Positions 10,162 through 16,746 of a stretch of 64,000 nt of DNA are shown here, piece by piece. This DNA is from Clostridia bacterium (GTDB taxonomy: Bacteria; Bacillota; Clostridia; Oscillospirales; UBA644). The notes under the pieces are model-generated. The model worked only from the letters and a program-made list of their open reading frames with translations, was not told the origin of the DNA and did not search any database. Every line of letters begins with the position of its first letter. The stretch's first letter is position 1. The stretch lies in contig JAFRTE010000031.1 in assembly GCA_017427285.1 (NCBI GenBank), positions 64,117-128,116 of the forward strand, read 5' to 3'. The translations under genes and the position numbers were made by a program.

Positions 10162-10240
10162 GATGGCGCGAATTTGAACACCATCGAAGTCTTCTTCTTT
10201 GAAGGCATCCTTGCAGTGCAGATTTGCGCAACCAAGAAAA

Positions 10241-10283
10241 CACGTCTGAGTTAATCTCAGGCGTGCTTTCTTTCTGCTCTTTT
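10241..10283 (+). terminator. terminator-like hairpin after tRNA-Ser
   Basis: CACGTCTGAG-TTAAT-CTCAGGCGTG stem followed by a T-rich tract. Confidence 0.5.
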
Positions 10284-10387
10284 ACTCTATGCCCCTGACG
10301 TTATTTTTTATAACGCAATCCGTTATAATCTAACAAATTCAAGACTTGATGTCGTCTGCCTGTTAGAATATAACGAAAGGAGCAGGC

Positions 10388-10645
10388 ATGGCTATGATCA
10401 GAATTTTACTTTCCATCAAGCTGGGCGAGCTTAGATGGAGCCAAGCTGATCTCGCGCGGGCTACTGGAATACGGCCATCTACCATAAATGAGTATTACCA
10501 TGAAATAGCCGAGCGAGTCAATCTGGAGCATCTTGATCTGATATGCGAAGCGCTCGGGTGCGAATTGTCTGAGATAATCGTAAGGCAACCGTCGCCTATA
10601 CGAAAGACCAAGTCAAGGACCGGGCACGGGCATGATGATGGATAG
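10388..10645 (+). CDS. XRE-family HTH regulator
   Basis: 85 aa with WSQADLARATGIRPSTINEY HTH. AAAGGAG SD. Confidence 0.75.
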   Translation: MAMIRILLSIKLGELRWSQADLARATGIRPSTINEYYHEIAERVNLEHLDLICEALGCELSEIIVRQPSPIRKTKSRTGHGHDDG

Positions 10646-10663
10646 CTCTCTCCTTACATGAGA

Positions 10664-10698
10664 GACCGAAGCATTATTATTGTGCTTCGGTCTTTTTG
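10664..10698. terminator. terminator between convergent XRE genes
   Basis: GACCGAAGC / GCTTCGGTC stem followed by TTTTT. Confidence 0.6.
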
Positions 10699-10700
10699 TA

Positions 10701-10928
10701 TCATTTGAATTCTTCGCCAGTTTCGACATCAATGAATTTTATTTCCACCTTGTAGCCGAGCCCGGAAGCGATCTTTTCCAGTTCGCTCAATCGGAAGTCG
10801 TCCCTCTTCATCTTGTTATTCAGATTCTGCGGTGTATCTCCGATCCGCGCGGCGAGATCCCTCTCAGAGAGATTCCCCCTCTTTACGCGCATGATCCTTA
10901 TCTTTTCTGCCATCGACATTATACTCAT
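10701..10928 (-). CDS. XRE-family HTH regulator
   Basis: 75 aa with LSERDLAARIGDTPQNLNNKM HTH. The true start may be the 4th or 6th codon (ATG), because the SD abuts the first ATG. Confidence 0.75.
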   Translation of the reverse strand: MSIMSMAEKIRIMRVKRGNLSERDLAARIGDTPQNLNNKMKRDDFRLSELEKIASGLGYKVEIKFIDVETGEEFK

Positions 10929-10943
10929 CTCCCTTCGCGTATT

Positions 10944-11051
10944 ATTCTACACGAAAAAGTGTATTTTGTCAACACCTAAATTGAAAACATCAAAAAATTT
11001 TTGATGTTTTATCAAAAAACACTTGACAAAATACACTTTATAGTGTATAAT
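10944..11051. promoter_or_regulatory. symmetric divergent promoter/operator region
   Basis: The minus promoter is TTGACA (10972-10967), 17 nt, TAGAAT (10949-10944). The plus promoter is TTGACA (11023-11028), 17 nt, TATAAT (11046-11051). Both -35 boxes sit in a 15-nt perfect inverted repeat (10958-10972 / 11023-11037) flanking a 19-nt perfect palindrome (10988-11006). Confidence 0.65.
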
Positions 11052-11098
11052 ATACTTGTAAGGCAGAGGGAAAACCTCTTACGAAAGGAAGTGAGGAA

Positions 11099-11218
11099 AT
11101 GGACGAGATGAACGTAACACAGGCATTGCTCAAAGCAATCCTGGAACTCATCGAAAAGTGCGAAACGCTCGAAGAACTCCGCGAAAGCGTGAAGCGAATC
11201 ATGAACGATGAGAAATAA
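11099..11218 (+). CDS. 39-aa helical peptide (below track threshold)
   Basis: ATG preceded by AAAGGAAGTGAGG. Sequence MDEMNVTQALLKAILELIEKCETLEELRESVKRIMNDEK. It is the first ORF after the plus promoter. Confidence 0.4.
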   Translation: MDEMNVTQALLKAILELIEKCETLEELRESVKRIMNDEK

Positions 11219-11346
11219 AAAAGTGAGTGACCGCCGACCAAGCTAACCACTCACCCACCGCGAACGGTGTACCGGGGGGAGCCTTACTCCCCCGGACACC
11301 TTGATTATAACACAGTAAGGCAAAAAAATCAAGGGGGATAGCAAAA
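11219..11346 (+). promoter_or_regulatory. structured 5' leader of the amidoligase gene
   Basis: Three hairpins (11223-11254, 11266-11300, 11299-11334). The last one sequesters the SD. There is 8-nt perfect loop-loop complementarity (11281-11288 with 11314-11321). Confidence 0.5.
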
Positions 11347-12264
11347 ATGACTACCATTCAGAATCAGAATTTCGGCGTTGAAATCGAATTGACGGGGATC
11401 ACCCGCAGGGACGCGGCACGGGTCATCGCGGAATACTACGGAACGACCGCGGCATTTGACGGCAGCTACTACGACATCTACACGGCTACGGACAGCAAGG
11501 GCAGAAAGTGGAAAGCGATGAGCGACGGCAGCATCCGCACCACGAGAAAAGTCAACGGACGTCAGATAGACGCGGACCGCTCGTACAGTTGCGAGGTCGT
11601 CACCCCGATCCTCCAGTACGATGACATCGAAGATCTGCAGGAGATCATCCGGAAGCTCGTCGCTGCCGGCGCGGTTGCAAATTCATCCTGCGGCATTCAC
11701 GTCCATGTGGACGGTGCGAATCACACCCCGCAGAGTTTGACGCGGCTGATCAACTTCGCCATCGGCAGACAGGACCTCTTCTACGAAGCGCTGCAGATCG
11801 GCGACAGAGCGAATCACTGGTGTCACAAGATTTCCCGCCCGCTTCTGAAAGCGATGCGCCACGACAAGGACATGACCAGAACGAGCATGGAAACGATCTG
11901 GTATAGCAGAGCGAACGACGGCTACACCGGAGGCATAAGCCACGAGCATTACAATTCCACGAGATACCACGGCATCAACCTTCACGCTTTCTTCACGAAG
12001 GGCACGGTCGAATTCCGGCTCTTCAATGGAACGACGCACGCCGGCAAGATTAAAGCCTATATCCAGTTTTGCCTGGCGATGAGCGCATGGGCGATCACCG
12101 CTCCCGATAAGATGTACTACAAATCCTGCGCAACGTACACCGCGAAGCAGAAAGAAACGCTGATGCTGAATGTGCTGACGCGCCGCCTCGGAATGACCGG
12201 CAAAGAGTTCAAGACCGCCAGATACCATTTGACGAGGACGTTCACGGAAGCGGCTGCGGCGTGA
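11347..12264 (+). CDS. glutamine-synthetase-fold amidoligase (Amidoligase_2-like)
   Basis: 305 aa with FGVEIELTG, CEVVTPIL, SCGIHVHVDG and GTVEFRLFNGT segments, as in the putative amidoligase family. Confidence 0.7.
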   Translation: MTTIQNQNFGVEIELTGITRRDAARVIAEYYGTTAAFDGSYYDIYTATDSKGRKWKAMSDGSIRTTRKVNGRQIDADRSYSCEVVTPILQYDDIEDLQEIIRKLVAAGAVANSSCGIHVHVDGANHTPQSLTRLINFAIGRQDLFYEALQIGDRANHWCHKISRPLLKAMRHDKDMTRTSMETIWYSRANDGYTGGISHEHYNSTRYHGINLHAFFTKGTVEFRLFNGTTHAGKIKAYIQFCLAMSAWAITAPDKMYYKSCATYTAKQKETLMLNVLTRRLGMTGKEFKTARYHLTRTFTEAAAA

Positions 12265-12308
12265 GGCAAGTCCTGACCTATCGGGCATACGGGGAGAAAG
12301 GAAACGAC

Positions 12309-12740
12309 ATGAGCAAACTATACCTTGCCTATGGAAGCAATCTCAACAAGGCACAGATGCGGATGCGCTGCCCGGATGCTATCGCCATAGGAACGACAGA
12401 AATCAAAGACTATCGGCTTCTCTTCCGCGGTCATCCCCTTGCCGCGGTAGCAACGATCGAAAAGGAAAAAGGATCTTCCGTACCGGTCGCGCTGTGGTCG
12501 ATCTCCGAAGCGGACGAGCGGGCGCTTGACAGATACGAGGGCTTCCCCCGGCTCTATATCAAAAAGTGGCTGACCGTTCCGTTCGGCGGTCGGAACGTGA
12601 AAGCGATGGCGTACATCATGACTGACGGAAGACCTCTCGGACGCCCGAGCGCCGCATACCTCGGGACGATCCGGCAAGGGTACGCTGACTTCAAGATCAC
12701 CTATCAGTACGAACTGACACGCGCGGCGATGGGCGAATAG
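12309..12740 (+). CDS. AIG2 / gamma-glutamylcyclotransferase-like protein
   Basis: YLAYGSNLNKAQMRMRCP and LDRYEGFPRLY motifs. ATG at 12309 with AAAGGA SD. The alternative GTG at 12261 overlaps the amidoligase stop. Confidence 0.75.
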   Translation: MSKLYLAYGSNLNKAQMRMRCPDAIAIGTTEIKDYRLLFRGHPLAAVATIEKEKGSSVPVALWSISEADERALDRYEGFPRLYIKKWLTVPFGGRNVKAMAYIMTDGRPLGRPSAAYLGTIRQGYADFKITYQYELTRAAMGE

Positions 12741-12818
12741 CCGCGTAGGAGCGATTTATCGCTGTTGCAATCGACTTTCCCTCTGTCTTACAGTTATCCG
12801 CCCACCCAAAAAGAAAAA

Positions 12819-12866
12819 GCCCTGTATTCGCTCGTGAGAGCGTTTACAGGGCTTTGACTTTTTTTC
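12819..12866. terminator. bidirectional terminator between GGCT gene and holin
   Basis: GCCCTGTA / TACAGGGC stem flanked by an A-run and a T-run. Confidence 0.7.
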
Positions 12867-12871
12867 ATCGG

Positions 12872-13288
12872 TTATTCGGTTGTTTCCGGCACTTCGTTCT
12901 CGCCGTCTGTGATCTCGTATTCCGCCGCAGGATCGAATTCGATTTCTTCTTCCTTATTTTCGTCGTCCTCGCTATGGAACGCGTCATTAAAAGATGCGAG
13001 AGCGGCTTCGATCAGGACACGCATTTCAAGTTCAGTACATTCGATACCTTTTTCCGCAAGCATTTCTTTCGCCGCGGAGAGGGCTACTTCGAGTTTCTCG
13101 GGACCGTGGAGATCCTTGTAAACCTGCTCGACAAACTGAACGCAGGACTTTGCGACAGCTTTCTTTGTTTTGTCGTTCAGATACTTCTTGCACAGATTCT
13201 TCAACACGATGCCGATATATCCGGCAATCGCGGTGAGAATGGTGTAAAGGATCGTGGTACCGTATTCGGAAATAAACTGCTGAAACAT
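12872..13288 (-). CDS. holin (LL-H-type)
   Basis: 138 aa with an N-terminal TM helix, then FVEQVYKDLHGPEKLEVAL...LIEAALASFN and an acidic tail. It lies immediately downstream of the endolysin. Confidence 0.7.
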   Translation of the reverse strand: MFQQFISEYGTTILYTILTAIAGYIGIVLKNLCKKYLNDKTKKAVAKSCVQFVEQVYKDLHGPEKLEVALSAAKEMLAEKGIECTELEMRVLIEAALASFNDAFHSEDDENKEEEIEFDPAAEYEITDGENEVPETTE

Positions 13289-13300
13289 GATTATACCTCC

Positions 13301-14509
13301 TTAAATCTTCTGCATATCGGACGCCCATACACGTCCGGTATAAACTTTTTTGGTCGGCTCGGTGCTTACGAGGTACACCTTGCCATTCTGTTCAATCTGG
13401 CGAACGTAGAGCGTGGCAACGCGCACCCACGACGGCATCCCTACGCCGTTGTAATACTTGGTGACACCCGCTTTGCATTTAACCTTGTCGCCGACCTTGA
13501 TGACATCGGTCGTTGCGCCGCCTGATACCACCGTCCCGCCTGTGGTCGTGATGTATGTGGGAAAACCCGCTGCTTTGAGTTTCTTTTCCATCGCTACAGC
13601 GTAATCGCGTTTGGAATAGGCGCCGACCTGTACGCGGTAGAGCTCGCCGGACTTTTTGAGGATTGCGTCAAATCCCGCCGCTTTTACTTTTTCGAGCTGC
13701 GCGTCGGCGTTTGTCTTCACCTTATAGGCGCCGGTCTGGACATAGTACAGAGTAGTCGGCTGCGCCGGAGGCTCGGGGACTACGGGCGCGTTCAGAGCGT
13801 CAAGGTATTTCTTGACAAGCGCCTTGAAAGTTTTCCAGTTGCCGAGCGCGATTGAATGAGAAGTGCTCCCGAAGATATACGACGGGCACCACTTCCTTCC
13901 GGAGATGAGATTGGTGCACTGCTCGTCCGGATCGGCAAACTTCTTCCCGGCGCTCTTGTTTACCCAGTAGGTATGAGTGACGAGCTTGCTGATCGGAAGG
14001 TTATACTTCCAGAGCAGCCACGCCGCGATCTTCGCGCCGTTGTCTTTCGCTTTGGCGTCGTGATCGGCGCTTTCACCCATGATGATCTCCATCGAGAGGG
14101 ACGTCATATTGCCACCGTCAGCCACGGAGCCGTCGCCGGAATGCCAGGACACTTCGGCAGATCCTTCGGGATCGTTCGGGCAGAGACCCGTTCCGGCTTT
14201 GAGATTCTGCCACGCGCATTTGTCGTCGACATAAAAATGCACCCGAGCGCTCCCCATGTTCTCGTTATAGGTTGCGCGGGTGTACTGTTCGCCGTCGTCG
14301 TTCTCGGTGCCGTTGGTGTCGCCGGTGTTATGGATCGTGACCGACTTCGGCCCGCCAGCGATCTTCTGATTCTTCTTGTAAAGAGACCCGGCACCGCTGA
14401 ATCCGGCATTCTTTGCTTTGGCGTCGTCTTTCCATACCGTCCCGTCCGGGATGATCTTCTCGTTCACGGTGACGCCGTTCATTTTGTATGTGTAGTTCGG
14501 GGTAAGCAT
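13301..14509 (-). CDS. endolysin: N-acetylmuramoyl-L-alanine amidase + SPOR + C-terminal SH3-like wall-binding module
   Basis: Amidase_2-type segments (VTIHNTG, SWHSGDG, THTYW). SPOR-like YYVQTGAYKV...YRVQVGAY. The C-terminal ~65 aa are shared with the protein at 22640..24454. Confidence 0.85.
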   Translation of the reverse strand: MLTPNYTYKMNGVTVNEKIIPDGTVWKDDAKAKNAGFSGAGSLYKKNQKIAGGPKSVTIHNTGDTNGTENDDGEQYTRATYNENMGSARVHFYVDDKCAWQNLKAGTGLCPNDPEGSAEVSWHSGDGSVADGGNMTSLSMEIIMGESADHDAKAKDNGAKIAAWLLWKYNLPISKLVTHTYWVNKSAGKKFADPDEQCTNLISGRKWCPSYIFGSTSHSIALGNWKTFKALVKKYLDALNAPVVPEPPAQPTTLYYVQTGAYKVKTNADAQLEKVKAAGFDAILKKSGELYRVQVGAYSKRDYAVAMEKKLKAAGFPTYITTTGGTVVSGGATTDVIKVGDKVKCKAGVTKYYNGVGMPSWVRVATLYVRQIEQNGKVYLVSTEPTKKVYTGRVWASDMQKI

Positions 14510-14522
14510 CTCTGTTCTCCTT

Positions 14523-14804
14523 TCATGTGATTACTTTCCAGGTTTGCACTTCCTTGTAGATCTTGTCTATGAAGGAATTGCCTCTTAGCTTTTTATACGC
14601 CTCGTAAAGAAGTACGAAATTCTCGTATTCATACTGGCGTATCTCGCATTTCTCCCGATTATGGTAATAAATGCGCAGCATCTCGCTGCGCAAAAGGCAT
14701 CTCTGCCCATCCATTACTTTGCTGATTGATACGATGTAGGATATCACTACGCCAAGCAGTGTTATGACCTCTCCGATCAACGCGGTTATTTCCATCGGTG
14801 ACAC
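14523..14804 (-). CDS. single-pass membrane protein of the lysis cassette (function unknown)
   Basis: 93 aa with one N-terminal TM helix. AAGGGAGGGA SD. Confidence 0.55.
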   Translation of the reverse strand: MSPMEITALIGEVITLLGVVISYIVSISKVMDGQRCLLRSEMLRIYYHNREKCEIRQYEYENFVLLYEAYKKLRGNSFIDKIYKEVQTWKVIT

Positions 14805-14827
14805 ATTCGTTTCCCTCCCTTTGCATG

Positions 14828-14856
14828 AAAAAACCCCGCTGATTTCTCAGTCGGGG
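14828..14856 (-). terminator. terminator overlapping the RT stop codon
   Basis: Sense CCCCGACTGA-GAAA-TCAGCGGGG followed by TTTTTT. Confidence 0.55.
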
Positions 14857-15950
14857 TAGTTGGTATTATCTTCGGCGTAGTGCCGGACGAGGACGAAATC
14901 TTCGAGGACTTTCTTTCTGAACGCATCGCAGTCACAATGTTTCATGAGACCGAGATAACTTTGTATCACGCTCAGGCAGTAGTCGAGGTCGAGTTCGCCT
15001 GTTGAGTAGTGCTCCATCACATATCGCAGATGCTGTTTCATGTATAGCGACGATGATCGGCGTATCTGTATTCGATCCGGGAACACCCGCCGTCCGACGA
15101 ATTCCGGTCCGGCGTCATAAGGCATTATTGCTGTTTTTGAATTGAGATTCAGACCGAGCCGGTCGTACAAAAACGATTCCGCCCGTTCGTGAATCTCATG
15201 CGCTTGATCTTTGCTCGGCGCCAATGCGATCATGTCGTCCATGTTCCGCATGTAGTACGGGGCGCGAAGCTCGCGCTTGATGTAATGATCGAGCGGTGTC
15301 AGAACGACGTTGCCGGTCATCTGAGATATCAGACTGCCGACCTGCATTCCGATTCCGGGGATCCGCTCACAGTCGGTCACGTTTTGAGCATCGAGAGGTA
15401 AACCGAATGCGCGACCGTCACACTTGATCGCTTGCTCGTAAAACCACATCATATCGGGATCGTTGATAGGTTTGCCCAAATATTCAAGCTGAACTTCTAC
15501 GGGAATGCGGAAGAAGAACTTTTTGACGTCCATCTTCAAAAGCCACCAGTTCTCCTTTTTATGTCGAATCAGGCGCATCCAGTATTGCAGTTGCTTCGTT
15601 GCCCGAACGGTACCCATGCCATCCACAGAGCCGTAAGAATGCTCATAGAATGATTTTCTGTATATCGGCCACATGACATTATAGGCGGCGCAGTTCACGA
15701 CGCGATTCTCAAACGGCATCACCGTAATGATGCGCTTTTTCGGGAAATACTCTATAAATTCATGCAGGTTTTTGACCTCATACGTTTTCCAGATAAGGTG
15801 ATTTTGCGAGTTGATCAGATTTTCCTCAAGATTCGCTGTATAGGCAAGCACTTCGTTCCTGTATCGCTTATTACGGCGAGCAAGAAGATAACCGCCATAC
15901 AAGTTTTCAAAATCAATGAATCTTTCAAAAACGTGTTCGTGCTTTTCCAT
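14847..15950 (-). CDS. DGR reverse transcriptase
   Basis: RT motifs including VGSLISQMTGN and YYMRNMDDM. Start taken at the ATG at 15950 (MEKHEHVF); the track ORF extends to a TTG at 16031. Confidence 0.88.
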   Translation of the reverse strand: MEKHEHVFERFIDFENLYGGYLLARRNKRYRNEVLAYTANLEENLINSQNHLIWKTYEVKNLHEFIEYFPKKRIITVMPFENRVVNCAAYNVMWPIYRKSFYEHSYGSVDGMGTVRATKQLQYWMRLIRHKKENWWLLKMDVKKFFFRIPVEVQLEYLGKPINDPDMMWFYEQAIKCDGRAFGLPLDAQNVTDCERIPGIGMQVGSLISQMTGNVVLTPLDHYIKRELRAPYYMRNMDDMIALAPSKDQAHEIHERAESFLYDRLGLNLNSKTAIMPYDAGPEFVGRRVFPDRIQIRRSSSLYMKQHLRYVMEHYSTGELDLDYCLSVIQSYLGLMKHCDCDAFRKKVLEDFVLVRHYAEDNTNYPD

Positions 15951-16103
15951 ATACAGCTCCTCCCGAGGGTTGCGCTTAACAGCTGAGAGCGGTTTACGCA
16001 ACTGATCATTTCTACGCCTGCGCATAGGCAAGCGAAAGGAGCAGATCCCTTATACCCTTGCTCTGATTGTATCCCGTGGGCGTACAATATCTGACGGTGG
16101 GGG

Positions 16104-16220
16104 TAAGCGGCGCGGAACGAGATGTTCGTGTTCGTGTTCGTGCGGGAGTTGTTGCCGTTCGCGTAGAACACGCCGGCGTTCGACGTGTTGTTGTAGTTGC
16201 CGCCGCAGTTGAACGTCCGC
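16104..16220 (-). repeat. DGR template repeat (TR)
   Basis: 117 nt aligning without gaps to 16769..16885. There are 17 mismatches, 16 of them at TR adenines (T on the plotted strand). The TR is rich in AAC codons. Confidence 0.9.
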
Positions 16221-16233
16221 AATGATCTGATCC

Positions 16234-16584
16234 TTATGTCGAGGGCTTGCTGTTGACGGTTTTCAGCCATCCCCCTAACATCTTTCCAATCTCGACGACC
16301 TTTTCGCTCCACACCTCGTATTTCTTCGTAGGCAGGAATTTCAGATCGTGCGACAAGCGCAGATACGCCTTTAGTTTCGTGATCTCAACGTCAAACTCTT
16401 GCAGGGTATTTTTCTTATAATACTTCTTCTGGGCTTCAATACACCGTTCGAGCATTATATCCATGCAGCGTTTGATGTCAGTCGCAAGGGCGTACTTTTC
16501 GGATTTCGGAAATTGAGCGAGAGCGAGATACCCGTATTCCATCATGTCAAAGACTTTTTGAAGAATAATCAGTTCCTCTGCCAT
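16234..16584 (-). CDS. Avd-like accessory variability determinant (four-helix-bundle protein)
   Basis: 116 aa, helical and basic. It sits between the target gene and the TR. Confidence 0.8.
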   Translation of the reverse strand: MAEELIILQKVFDMMEYGYLALAQFPKSEKYALATDIKRCMDIMLERCIEAQKKYYKKNTLQEFDVEITKLKAYLRLSHDLKFLPTKKYEVWSEKVVEIGKMLGGWLKTVNSKPST

Positions 16585-16681
16585 CGCTCCCCGCCTCCGA
16601 ATCCAATGCGCTCGTGAGATTATAACAGATAATTAGGGAGATGACTTGAAAACGGTAGAAAATAACGAAATACGTTATTTG

Positions 16682-16710
16682 AAAAATTTACGCGGCCGCG
16701 CTTCGCGCGG
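16682..16710 (-). terminator. weak terminator-like GC hairpin after the target gene
   Basis: Sense CCGCGC-GAA-GCGCGG, then TAAATTTTT a few nt later. Confidence 0.35.
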
Positions 16711-16714
16711 TATA

Positions 16715-16734
16715 GGCTCCGCTACCGCGGAGCC
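16715..16734 (-). promoter_or_regulatory. VR-flanking GC hairpin (8-bp stem, 4-nt loop)
   Basis: GGCTCCGC-TACC-GCGGAGCC, 13 nt downstream of the target stop codon. Confidence 0.6.
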
Positions 16735-16746
16735 GTCAGAACACAG

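Noticed and set aside
13301-13510. Whether the shared endolysin/hub C-terminal module reflects a recent duplication or an assembly artefact.
   Set aside because: By eye, the nucleotide sequences of 13301-13500 and 22640-22840 are only moderately similar, with many synonymous and non-synonymous differences. This is domain sharing, not a repeat collapse.
15815-16312. 165-aa minus-strand ORF spanning the TR and the avd 3' end.
   Set aside because: Its only protein-like part is the TR itself, which mirrors the VR coding frame. The TR functions as an RNA template. The ORF overlaps both avd and the RT start and has a GTG start without an SD.
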